A DNA stretch of 64,000 nt from Perkinsela sp. CCAP 1560/9 (Eukaryota; Protista; Euglenozoa: Kinetoplastea): positions 12,836 to 76,835 of the forward strand of contig CBFFSA010000041.1 of the NCBI GenBank assembly GCA_965644495.1, written 5' to 3'. Positions 1-10,900 of this stretch are shown in pieces; the first letter of the stretch is position 1; every line of letters begins with the position of its first letter. A program made the position numbers and the translations under genes. The notes beneath the pieces were generated by a model. It was not told the origin of the DNA. It did not search any database and worked only from the letters and a program-made list of their open reading frames with translations.

Positions 1-1433
1 CTGCTAGCTAGTTTTGGAAGAGTTTTCGATGCAGCGATCAATGAGGAAGAGAATCTGCCCCATCGATTAGTTTCTTCGGATTCTTTCTGGGATCTTTTAC
101 ATGGAGCACGCATAGCTGCTTTGACACTTGCATTAAATTTTTGACTTGTTTCTGAATTTTTAAGAGAGTCCCAATATGGCCTATCCTCCTGTTCTCTGGC
201 CTTGGTTTTCCAACGAATTTGGAAATTTACAATGACTGCACAATGGGGTGTCGGACAAGGGGCCATCATTACTCGTTGTAAACGTACAGCTGAACAAAAG
301 CGCGAATTAAAAACTATGTGATCTAATTGTTTTGTCTTCCCGTCTGGGTTTTTTCTGGTTGGTGGAAAACGAAAAGTCCATTTCCGAGGCGAGGTACAGG
401 TCTCGTGGGCTGATTTCGCACCCAAACTCTCAAGAAACTCTCTTAAAGCCTTAGCTCTCTTTGACGAGCATTTTCGGCCCGACGGATTCTGTAGAGGAGC
501 GTTAAAGTCACCACAGATAATTTTTAGTGCTGCATTAGACTCGTGCCAAGCGTCAAACAGTGACTTATTAAAATCCTCCTGAATATCTTGTTTTGAAGAA
601 GCAATGGGGGAATAAACATTGAATAGCGTTGCTTTTGTGCTTCCAAAACGAACCGTCCCTTTCATAATTCTGTCAGAGACCTTTTCAACAAATAATTGCA
701 TGCGGCTAATAAATGCCATACCATTATATCCATTTATTGCGCTCATAAGATATACATGTAGCCAAATGCCTTCAATATAGAGTTTACGATGAACTATCGG
801 TTCGCTGCTTTCAAAAGTGAGCCTAGTTTCTTGCAATCCAAAGATAGGAGCCTTACAGCTCTTCATAAAAACAACCACCTTTTGCAATCTGAGACACTTC
901 CGCAGAGCGTTTACATCAGCGCTTTTAACCTTCAACGTGTCAATATTTAAGGTACCGATATTCAACCCCTCGTTCATAGCTGATATCATGGGCTTCTGCT
1001 CTCGGACGCCGCGCCGAGAGCAGCATTTGCGATTCCTAAACCTTTTGCGATATACCTTTACCTTCAGAGTTGCTACTTTTCCGCCTTGAATTAAAATTCG
1101 GGAATCCTTCGGAGGGAATGGAAAAAGACAATCCTTAGCTACATCGTATCTGATCAGGCTGGACCCGTTCCCACACGATATAACCGTCCCTTCCCATAGC
1201 CTCGTACACTTATCATACGTAGTACACCACGCGACAGCAAAGCGCTTCCCTGAAGATAAAGATAAAGCCAGCCGGCTCAGGGCCCGCGGCCGGAGTAAAG
1301 CTACTCCCTCTCTCTGCCGAGGAGGCAAAAAGAGGTTTCCCCGCTTGAACGTGGCCCTTCGAAGTTTGTCCTGGATCAAAAGCAAAGATTCAAAGGGTCC
1401 GGACGCCTCCGCCCGAATTTTATCAATTTCCAT
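1..1433 (-). CDS. 5' part (N-terminal domain + APE endonuclease) of an RTE-like LINE ORF (LINE-C), running off the left edge
   Basis: Not in the ORF track. Manual minus-strand translation from ATG 1433 gives MEIDKIRAEASGPFES...RFAVAW...LWEGTV...FPFPP, homologous to the N-termini of 36035..40168 and 43358..47449. APE motifs GTLNI, GLQET, GDFNAP and QLDHI are present. Confidence 0.85.
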   Translation of the reverse strand, partial: MEIDKIRAEASGPFESLLLIQDKLRRATFKRGNLFLPPRQREGVALLRPRALSRLALSLSSGKRFAVAWCTTYDKCTRLWEGTVISCGNGSSLIRYDVAKDCLFPFPPKDSRILIQGGKVATLKVKVYRKRFRNRKCCSRRGVREQKPMISAMNEGLNIGTLNIDTLKVKSADVNALRKCLRLQKVVVFMKSCKAPIFGLQETRLTFESSEPIVHRKLYIEGIWLHVYLMSAINGYNGMAFISRMQLFVEKVSDRIMKGTVRFGSTKATLFNVYSPIASSKQDIQEDFNKSLFDAWHESNAALKIICGDFNAPLQNPSGRKCSSKRAKALREFLESLGAKSAHETCTSPRKWTFRFPPTRKNPDGKTKQLDHIVFNSRFCSAVRLQRVMMAPCPTPHCAVIVNFQIRWKTKAREQEDRPYWDSLKNSETSQKFNASVKAAMRAPCKRSQKESEETNRWGRFSSSLIAASKTLPKLAS

Positions 1434-1540
1434 TAATAAAATTTACAAGCTTAATAAAATTTACAAGCTTAATAAAATTTACAAGCTTAATAAAATTTAC
1501 AAGCTTAATAAAATTTACAAGCTTAATAAAATTTACAAGC
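1433..1540. repeat. 18-bp tandem repeat (TTAATAAAATTTACAAGC) x6 at the 5' end of LINE-C
   Basis: Six exact units read directly, immediately upstream of the minus-strand ORF start. Confidence 0.95.
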
Positions 1541-4500
1541 TCTCTTGGGCCTTTCTATTTACACTCTCTTGGGCCTTTCTTCGAAACAGTGAAAATCGTC
1601 AAGCATTTATTACCAAAGTTCACTCTCAATCTGAGAAGGGGGGTAATATCAAGCAAGGGTGGGAACGACTTTCGAACAGTATAATAACCGCCGCCAAAAA
1701 TTTTAAGAAGCCACAAAAACGTACGATAAACAGAGAACCTATTAAGCATGTGAAGATAAATAACCTGCGGGGCCTTTATCAGAGAAGCAGACAGAAGACT
1801 ACGTTTAATGAGTTAATAAAAGAACATAAAAAAGATATTGAACAGACCATTTCGGAAGAATGCTTAGAACTTGAGAACAAGCTTCGCAAGAATCACTCAA
1901 ATCCATGGAGAACTCTTCGGCAAATATGTGGACAATACCGTACTCAGTTCAATACAAATGGTGAGACGCGTGATATGAAACTACAAGCGATCGGTGAACA
2001 TTTCTTAAAATTCAGTAATTATGATGCAGGAGATCCAAATATCAGTTTCGACCCTATTCCACCATTATTCGTGCCGATCGAGGGTGGCCCATTTATTGTT
2101 GAGGAGTTGACTTTGTCAGTGAAGCATTTTGGGAGAGGACGAGCACCCGGAAGCGACGGAATACCTATGGAGGCCCTACAAGCTATCGCAAGTCACGAAG
2201 TTCTAAGAGAGCATCTTTTAGGTATAATAAACAAAGTTTATGAGACCGGGTCTACGGATGAAGCTTGGCGAATGACACTCCAGATACCCATACCAAAGAA
2301 AGGGGATCTCACTGACATTTCAAACTGGAGGCCGATATGTGTGGTGAATAGCGTTGTTAAACTGATGAATCACATGATTCTTTCACGCATTCGGCCCAGC
2401 GTAGAAGGTTTCCTACGCGATAATCAGTATGGGTTTCGGCCAAACAGATCTACAGCTGGCGCCCAAATCATTATGAACGAGGTTAAAACCAAGGCTTTTC
2501 GAAAAGACGGAATAATGGTAGCCTTTGTAGATTTTGCTAAAGCATTTCCCTCCGTATCCTTTGCTGCTATAAAAGCCTGCCTAAATGCTTTCCGAGTTGG
2601 CAATCGATTGTCCACCACAATCTTGTCCATCTATCGCGACTTGAAAGGAACAGTTCGAACGCCGTTTGGTAATACTGAACCTTTTCCAATCACCACAGGG
2701 ATTCTACAAGGGGATGTATTAGCTCCCTATCTATTCGTTATGGTGATGGACAGGATTCTACACAAGGCTCTCGACGACGGATCAGATGGTGTTCTTCTGA
2801 AATCTAGAGGTACACGAAAGCGAGGGTTAAACGAAAAACGACTGAGTGATATCGATTATGCCGACGACGTCGCGCTATTTAGTGATTCGAGGGAAGGTTT
2901 GCAAAATATGATAAACAGCGTTTCTCGGGAAGCAGTCAAAGCTAATCTACGACTTGCGGTTGGTCAAACGAAAACTGCATGGATGTCTTTTGGTAAAGTT
3001 GCACGTTCCGAAAACGACCCCGTCATCTACAACAACAACTTGGAGGTACCAAAGGTGGGGTCATACAGGCATCTGGGGCAACGTCAAGATCAAGATTTTT
3101 CTTCCACCGTAAAAGATCGATTAAAGCTTGCATTGGGATCACTCCATCGTTTAAATGGAATTTGGTCTTCTCCTCTAAGTGAAGGGATGAAACTTCGACT
3201 TTATGATGCCTTAGTTTACCCTGTGCTGAATTTTGGAATGGGAGCAGTTCATATTTCTCAAAAGGAGCTCCGTAAAATTGATATTGAGGTCAACACAATG
3301 AGAAGAATTGCCACCCGTTCAAACAAAGTTGATGAGTACGGGTTATGCTACCCCAACGCTTCTCTCTATGTTAATACCGACCGGTTTTCTACTATTCATA
3401 AAGTACAGCGAGCAAAACTGGTGGGACATATGATCCGTCATTCTTCAGACTTTCGGGAACTGATTCAATGGAAACAACGTAGCAACGCTAGATTACCTTC
3501 CCCAAGTGAAGCTTGTGTTAAAGATCTTGGCATTACTATTGAACAAGCATTGGTTTACGCCATGGACCGCGAGCATTGGTTCAGAATTACAGAACAACTT
3601 CGTGACAACCTTGAACCAGCTGCAACCTATATAAAATCTGGCACGCAAAAGTGGAGAACCGCCGTCACAAAAGCCAAGAAGACTAAAGACTTGCGCGAGT
3701 TACAGTATATTGAAGAGTCAACGGATCCTTTCCCTAACTTTAAAGCTATGCAGATATATACGGATGCTTCTATTAAGAGTATGGTTAGTTCTCAGGAAAT
3801 TCGAAGTGGCGCTGGTATTGTGGTTATACCAACGAAAAAAGATCCAATAAGATGTTCAATCCCACTGGAAGTTACAACAATTGAGAGAGCAGAACTTCAA
3901 TCGTTTTATTTAGCTCTCAACAAATTGCCAGAAAATTCATGCGCGTGCTTGTTTCACACAGATTCGCATTACGTTTGGGACTTCTTTCACAATTTACGAA
4001 ATAAACGGCGCATTGTGGGATACACTGGGACAAAAAATGGCGACCTAATGTATGATGTGGACGCAAAGCTCAGGTTACTAAAATTCCATTCGTATAATAT
4101 ATATTTGTGCAAGGTAAAGGCGCACATTGGAAACAAATGGAATGAGGAGGCAGATGGTCTAGCACTTTTGGCATCACGAAAAGTGGCACGGGCTCCGACC
4201 CAAAAAAGGAGAAAAACGACTGCTAACTCGGAGGATAGTGAGAATTCACAACCGTTATGGTCTTTGAAAGCCTTACTCAAAAGGAAGTCCCTTGGAAATA
4301 AGCAAGCACGAGACATTCCATCATCCAAGCGCGAAGCTGAGGCGGAAGGGGTATTTCGAGGGAAGGTTGCGAGAGCTGGCGGTAATAGGAAACCGTCTAA
4401 GTAAGGAGAGAATTGATGGAATTATTTCTTTGCCAACTTAGAATACCTTGAGGATTATTCATAGGTTATCGGAAAAATATTGTTTGTTTGTACCGTATCA

Positions 4501-4604
4501 GACACATATAAACTCTGAACGTGGAAGCGATAGATGAAAGCTTTCAAGGTGTAAACATTAAGTTTTTCAACCGACTTTACGTCGGTCTTTTGGATTGGAT
4601 TGGA
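1541..4604 (+). mobile_element. LINE-B copy 1 (3' part) with 3' hairpin and (TTGGA)n tail, followed by the C-terminus of a CRE-D element
   Basis: ACCGAC-tttac-GTCGGT hairpin at ~4570-4586, TTGGA repeats at ~4589-4604, then CRE-D sequence matching 41700 onward. Confidence 0.9.
1565..4404 (+). CDS. RT + RNase H part of LINE-B; APE part absent or displaced by LINE-C
   Basis: Near-identical to 44609..47449. Motifs QYGFR, FVDFAKAF, GILQGDVLAPYLF, DYADD; RNase H IYTDAS/RAEL/TDS/KAH/NEEAD. The track ORF start at 1345 is artefactual (antisense of LINE-C plus the repeat). Confidence 0.9.
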
Positions 4605-4609
4605 TATAT

Positions 4610-5209
4610 TGGGACCCTTACGGAAAAGCAGGCTACAAATAAATTGTATGCCGAATTGAATGTGACCCTCATGCGAGCACAGGCTCGTATGATGGTTACA
4701 CGCATGGCTGTGCCCGACCCGAACGAGCCCATCACGGAAGGATAGTGTCGGACCCAACGGATCCTATGGTGGTGACATAGGCCACGGGTGCTGGTCGGGT
4801 CGACAGAGTCTATGCTCACGCCTAGCCCGCGAGGGCTAGGTACCCCAAGTGAGGTAGTACACGGGTAGTGAATCTCCTCCCCGTCGGCCAGCATCCTGTT
4901 TCGCGACCGTGTCGCTGTCGACACAGGCCCGCGCCTGCGCCCTCCCATATAGCAAGGGAAGGGTTCACAAGTCAGGCCGTGGAGTGGTCGAAAGACCCGG
5001 TCCGGAACGCGCGGATGGATTGGGCGTGGATTGCTTCCTTTTTTATTATTATTGTTATCAGAATCATAAATAGCTTAAGGCAGGTTGAATTACTAGTTTT
5101 GGGCCACAACATGTGAAATTGCTAATTTGATTGCTTGTTTACAAATGATATACCCCCCCCCCAATGGACCTTCATGGTTCATGTATTGGGTAATAAAAAA
5201 AAAAAAAAA
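4610..5209 (+). mobile_element. CRE-D 3' remnant: ORF C-terminus, structured 3' UTR, poly(A)
   Basis: GTLTEKQATNKLYAELNVTLMRAQARMM...EG* matches 41700..41834; poly(A) at ~5195-5209. Confidence 0.9.
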
Positions 5210-6740
5210 GCGGACGGGGTCCTGGGGTTTGGAGGTTGTCCCTATAATTTTGGAAGGTTATGGATGTTAATCGGTTAACAGCTCTTTATTCTCACGCCTT
5301 GTTTTTTCGGAAGCAAGGTTCCCCAATGTGAGGTAGAGATGAGTAAAGGTTTCCTTTGCTCTGCGGTTAGCGCCTTAATGTTTTTTAGCCGCGTCACTGT
5401 TGACACGGCCCTACGCATCACGCCTAGTTGCTCTACACTTCTAGGTACACAAGTTGGTCTAGGGCAGGGGTTAAAAGCGTAACCTGCGTAGCTCGTGTGA
5501 GCTTGTAAAGGGCGTGGCAGTGGACTGGTCATCTATTGCTATCGTTATCCTTTTGTGAGTTCTGGGATGGTATATGAAAAATTATTTTACTATGTGATTG
5601 GGCATTTCTTTGTTATTTTATTTTGATTGTGTGACGTGTGTGTGGGCAGGTTGGCCGAGGGTTCCGGTGGGGGGGAACCCCGTTAACAACGTGACACATT
5701 ATTATTGGTTCTATGCAGGCTTTCTTTTGAACTATGTTTGTGCATGTGAATTCTATCTATATATCGTATTATGTGTTCTTTGATTTTGGGACGATTTGGA
5801 AGTGTGATTATATTAGTCATATGTATTTACTTTATATGTATTTATTTTTTTGAGGCTTTTGGGAGATATGATTCAGGTACGTAATCACCTCCAGGCTCTT
5901 ATTCTGTTGCTATCTGGTTTTTGATCGAACTACGGCACTGCCCGGTACCAAACATAACAAGGTACTAAACAACTAGGGTGAGTGACCTGCATGCTTATTT
6001 TCATGTTTTCTTATTCTACATTTCACATTGTAGATTCTTTTATTGCTGTCCGGTTTCGATTTGATTGTGGCACCATCCGGTACCGAATATAACAAGGTAC
6101 TACACAACTAGGGTGACTGCCACACAGGATTTTTTTTCGGTTCGCGAGGCGAGTGAGTGTTCCTTATTGTAAGACCTTTCCTTATTGTAAGACCTTTCCT
6201 TATTGTAAGACCTTTCCTTATTGTAAGACCTTTCCTTATTGTAAGATTTACTTATATTTGTTTGTTACTTATAAGTTTCATGGAGCCCCCTCGGCTTGGA
6301 TTTCTAATAGTCCACGTTTTGAAATTTAGCCGAGGGGCTGTTATATATTTGCCTGCTGGCCCTTCGTGGCACATAGTTTCTTCGAATTATGATTTGTATT
6401 CAGAATTTTACATGGGATGGGTATTTACTATTATCTTATATATCCTTGTTAGGTTGTTATTTTACTTTGCTTTAAGTTTTTGTGCCCACCCACCAAGCCC
6501 CCAGCCATTTGGCCGAGGGTTCCGGTGGGGGGGAATCCCGTTAACAACGTGACACATTATTATTGGTTTTATGCAGGCTTTCTTTTGAACTATGTTTGTG
6601 CATGTGAATTCTATCTATATATCGTATTATGTGTTCTTTGATTTTGGGACGATTTGGAAGTGTGATTATATTAGTCATAGGTATTTACTTATATTTGTTT
6701 GTTACTTATAAGTTTCATGGAGCCCCCTCGGCGTGGATTT
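5210..6740 (+). mobile_element. Divergent retroelement 3' UTR region with internal duplications
   Basis: Contains a diverged copy of the 3' UTR structure (~5261-5490). Internal repeats ~5650-5830/6510-6690, ~5945-5980/6080-6115 and ~6246-6295/6684-6730. No credible ORF. Confidence 0.6.
6159..6245. repeat. 18-bp tandem repeat (TTCCTTATTGTAAGACCT) ~x5
   Basis: Read directly; it produces the FLIVRP repeat in spurious ORF 6157..6552. Confidence 0.9.
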
Positions 6741-6742
6741 CA

Positions 6743-8771
6743 CAAGTAAAAATCTTCGCATTCATCGACGACATAAACCTAGCATCTGAGGACCAACTTT
6801 GAACACATGGAAGCGGGAGAACATCTTAGTGAGGCACAACGTCTGGAATTGGAAATCGACCGTCGCTCGATAAGGAATGCACTACAAGCGGCCAAGGCGG
6901 ACAACCTCAGCAAGGCAACAAGAATTCTAGACAATATATACAAAGATTCATTCCTCAATGCTGATGAGAAGTCGAACAAGCTTAGCGACCTTCACCCCAA
7001 AGGTCCCTTACCACAAAACATCGATGGAGACTTCCCTCGAATCGGGGTAGTTGATCAATCGGAGTTGCGTCAAGCGACGGCAAGGCTATCAAAAGGATCA
7101 TCGCCAGGGCCCACAGGATTCAGTGAAAACATGATGAGACTTCTAGTAGAGGATGAGGAATCGTGTCTCGCACTCTGTCACATGTTCCGCGACGTCATCA
7201 ACGGAGATCTCGCAGAAAACGTTCGTCAACGCCTAACTCGCTGCAGGATCATCGCGTTAGCAAAACCTCAGAACGGGATACGACCAGTGGCAATGGGAGA
7301 CACTATCCTCAAGATCTGCGGAACGATTCTTTTAATGCGACACAGCAATACAGTGGTTCCAGAAGGTTTTCCATTACAGTGGTTCCAGAAGGCCCCTCCC
7401 TGCGCTACCCAACCACTTCCATTAGAATCTTTGGGGGTAAACTTTCGGACGGATGCCATTAAGATTCTTGGTGCTTACATTGGCGCGGACCAGGTGGTAG
7501 AAAGTTTGCTTCTTCAAAAACTCGAGAAACACAAATGTCTGTTCCGCAGACTCCTAAAGATGGGTCCGAGCAACCTCTCACTGGCCATTTTGCGACGCTG
7601 TACAATTCCGCGACACGATTATCATCTTCGCGTACACAGACCGAATGCCACTCTTCATTTAGCGCATGTTTTCGACACAGAGGTGGGTAAGGTCTTGGAA
7701 AAGTGGTGCGGAGCTGACTCCAATGCTTTGCAACTCGCAGCACTTCCAAAAAAATTTGGTGGTTTAGGTATCACATCCACGATTCTGAAACACAAGTACT
7801 TCTTTGAAGCTGCCCAAACATCTATCGAAGAGCACCCAAAACCCATTAACGCTCCGGTAGGTTATAAAGGTAGCGACAAAGGTCAGAAGAAAATGCAGGA
7901 TCGAAAAGAGGTGGCACGAAAACTTCTGAAGAAGAACTTAAACACGGAGTATGAAAAGCAAGTCGCAGAACTTAAGAAACATTCGCATTTAGAGCTCATT
8001 CTGAACCGAAGCAAAGAAGCGAACTTACATTTAGAGAGTACGAATAACTATGTGAATCCTTACCTTTTCCGCTACACCCTAATGATGCGACTTGGAATAA
8101 GTCTACCGAAAGCGCCAATAAACGTCGTATGCCCGGGATGCTGTGGTCCAGAAACATCTTTTAGTATTATTCCACATATCGCAGGATGCTCGAGATGCTC
8201 AGGTATGAACTGCACTCGTAAACACTCTCACATCGTGCGCTATCTAGCTGACTTGTGCGCGAAGGCAGGACTTCCGTGTGTTATCGAACCGCGAATTCAC
8301 TCCTCATTTTATTGTACAAAGTGTAAATGCTCTATTTCTGCGGAGGTTTCTGACCAACATCCATGTAAGGCGCGCAGGATTCGATCTGGCCCCGACCTCG
8401 CTATCATGTGGCCCCATATGGGAGAAGTCCTCTATGATTTCACAGTGGTTCACACTTGCTGCAACAGTTACAAGAAACAAACAAGCAACTACCTACTGCA
8501 GCAAGCCCAGGAAAGGAAGTTCAAGAAATATGTGACAGAGAAAGGTGTGGACAGTGAGGCATTTCGTTGCATCGCCGCCTCAGATTGTGGTGTGTTGCAC
8601 AACGACACAAAACAACTATTAAAGGCGTTGGCTCAGCGCGCGAATCGAAAATATGAAAACGTGCGTGAGGCTTTTCAGCTGGAACTTGAAAAGCTATCGG
8701 CTTACACGGTAGTGTCTCAACTCCGAGATTACATCACCGATGAAAAGTGGATTGGGAGTTTACGACTCTAA
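6743..8771 (+). pseudogene. Divergent CRE-clade element (type E), rearranged: RT core deleted, REL endonuclease retained
   Basis: SSPGPTG and GIRPVAMGD (early RT) are joined at ~7349 to IKILGAYIG (late RT). GGLG, C..C..H...C, RKH, GPDL, YDFTVVH and K.KKY (REL) follow. A FAFIDD fragment lies out of frame at ~6743-6795. Confidence 0.8.
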
Positions 8772-9181
8772 AAGAGTTCACTACCACACGTATATCTCCG
8801 TACAAATAAGTATTGATTAGTTGCCTTCGAATATATTAGGTCCTTTCGAATGTATTAGATACTGCTACTTCTGCATTGATTCTTCATCACGTTTGACAAC
8901 AATTGGCGCGTATACAATAATTGATCCGGGAACTGTTCTTTTTTACTTTGAGGCTTTGCTGGTTTCGAGGGGACAAGTGTCATCCATGCTGTTTTATGCT
9001 GTTTTATGTGGTCCAACATATATTCGATTATTGAAAATTGTTGATCTTACCATGTGAATGGAACGATGCGTATTGCATCGGTACACGAACATTGCCCCGT
9101 AGTTTGTTCAAATTAGTTTCTACGGATAGTTGCCGGGGATTTCCAGACGGCGAGTAAGTTCAAAAAAAAAAAAAAAAAAAA
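8772..9181 (+). other. 3' UTR and poly(A) of the type E element
   Basis: Follows the stop codon and ends in an A-tract at ~9162-9181. Confidence 0.8.
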
Positions 9182-9424
9182 GCGATGACCGTAAATTTCT
9201 GGTAGAGTGAAGTTCGAGTTGTGTCATCGCAACTTTCCTTTTGCGAGTGGAAAAAGGTTATAAGTCACTAGAGTAAAATAATGTATAGTATAGTATGCTA
9301 AAAGTATAATTACATGGTTCCCCCCGGAGGGGGCAAAATCAGGTACATATATGTATATGTGCCCCGTAGGGCCACGGTCAAAGAATAAATATTTTCTTCA
9401 AGCAATTCTTTCCGTAAACTCTAA

Positions 9425-10069
9425 GGATAACCGATCACCTAGGCGACCCTTGGAAACACGAAGGCAACACCAACAGACTATTAAGGACAGCACCCTCGGC
9501 GAACAAACGCCGACACGCTCTCAGCCAGCCCACCAGATCCAATCACCTCCAAAGCATTCCTCCGGCACAAAACCCATGACTAGCGAAACTGGTTGTTCCG
9601 AAGCACAATCGGACGGTAGGCGCGAAGACTTTGGCAACAGATATGCCCCACGAAACGGAAGCGACAAGCCCCCACCACTTCCGCAGAGCGCTCCCAAACA
9701 CCGCATCTGTCCTGCTGAAGGATGCGCCTGGCGCACGATTGCACATGGAGGGTCTTGGCAAGCATTTTATAACCACGTAGCGTACCACCACAGTACCGGC
9801 GTCCCGGCTGCATGGTGGGCAGCGGAAGGCAAGTTCCTTTGTGAAACGTGCGGCAAACACTACACGCTCAACCGTAAAACTACGCACCCGAAGACCTGCA
9901 TCGGTCAATCAAGTCAAGCAGCACAAATGTCAGTAGATATTTTTTCGCAGCACTCCATCGTAACAGAAACCGCCGAATTACCTACTTTGGCAAGTGTCTG
10001 CACACTCGCGAAGAGCACATGTAAAGACGTGCCCCACCGATGCCGTCAGCTGTGGGCGGAGATCTTAAC
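9425..10069 (+). pseudogene. Internal fragment of the CRE-D ORF (zinc-finger region)
   Basis: Near-identical to ~32892-33537. Confidence 0.9.
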
Positions 10070-10085
10070 CTCGGCAATTTTCTTC

Positions 10086-10453
10086 AACCTCGGCAATTTT
10101 CTTCATTTCAGTGCTCCGGATGCCAGAATAGTGTAACCGAGGAAAATCTCACAGAACACCAGCGCAGCTGTCGCGGCAGTGTCCGCAGATCTGGGCCCGA
10201 CCTTATGATCTACTGGGCAGACGGTCCGATGTATTATGACCTAACTGTAGTTCACGAGTTTTCAGCAGCTCACATAAACAAAACGCCTCAAAAAATGATG
10301 AACGAAGTCATCACGAAGAAACGCGACCGTTACGTAACTTCTGGGATGATTGCGAATGATCGTTTCATGTGTATCCCTGTCCTTTCGGGTGGAGCGCTAC
10401 ATAAGCATACAAAACGTCTATTAACAGCTTTAGCAGATCGTTGCCTTATTTAG
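10086..10453 (+). pseudogene. REL-domain fragment of a second E-type CRE family
   Basis: QPRQFSSFQCSGC...RRSGPDL...YYDLTVVH...KRDRY parallels the C-terminus of 6807..8771. Confidence 0.8.
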
Positions 10454-10793
10454 AATTCAGGAGCGATGTCTGACCCAGATGGAGCGATAACTCTAGAGCG
10501 CCCAAAACTCCCTTTCAGCTCGGGCTGTCGATCCACCAGGTTCAATTTCTCCTTACGCTTTTTAAGACTGAGAGGATAAAAATGGAGGCTCTCCAAGAAG
10601 ACGTGCAGAGCGGCAGTATTAGGGAAGTTGGAAAGAAGTGTGAAGGTGAGTAGTCAAAGGCTGCGAGTTGCAGCAAACAGATCGTGCGTCCTTCTAATGT
10701 TGAAGGCTTGAAAGTAGTAGTGCTTGATATGCTTTTTTTTGTTTACTAAAAGTTTACGAAAAGAATTGTACAATGGAAATTTTGATTTCTGAG

Positions 10794-10826
<33 letters not shown>

Positions 10827-10830
<4 letters not shown>

Positions 10831-10864
10831 TTAACGATAAAGATACAGTTTCTGTACCTTGTTG
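10827..10864 (+). other. Spliced-leader (mini-exon) sequence at the CRE-A 5' end
   Basis: AACTTTAACGATAAAGATACAGTTTCTGTACCTTGTTG contains the kinetoplastid/diplonemid SL core ACAGTTTCTGTAC...TTG. It is followed by AATT rather than a GT donor. Confidence 0.85.
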
Positions 10865-10900
10865 AATTATTTTTCTTTCCCTATTTCTTTTATCCGGACA

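Noticed and set aside
1345-1564. N-terminus of track ORF 1345..4404, and the upstream TTG/GTG starts at 10859, 27498, 32392 and 42455
   Set aside because: These run through antisense LINE-C, tandem repeats, poly(A) or SL sequence. Homology places the real starts at 10901, 27540, 32440, 42566 and 43358.
4589-4604. (TTGGA)n as telomeric repeats
   Set aside because: Only 3-4 units occur, always directly after the LINE 3' hairpin and inside the TSDs where these are visible, so they are element tails.
4980-5000. Hammerhead or HDV ribozyme call for the GGTC-GAAA-GACC region
   Set aside because: There is no CUGANGA core and I could not fit the HDV nested double pseudoknot by eye; it is kept only as an unclassified structure.
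10827-10900. Functional SL RNA genes
   Set aside because: No GT donor or conserved SL intron follows the exon, and poly(A) rather than a promoter lies upstream.
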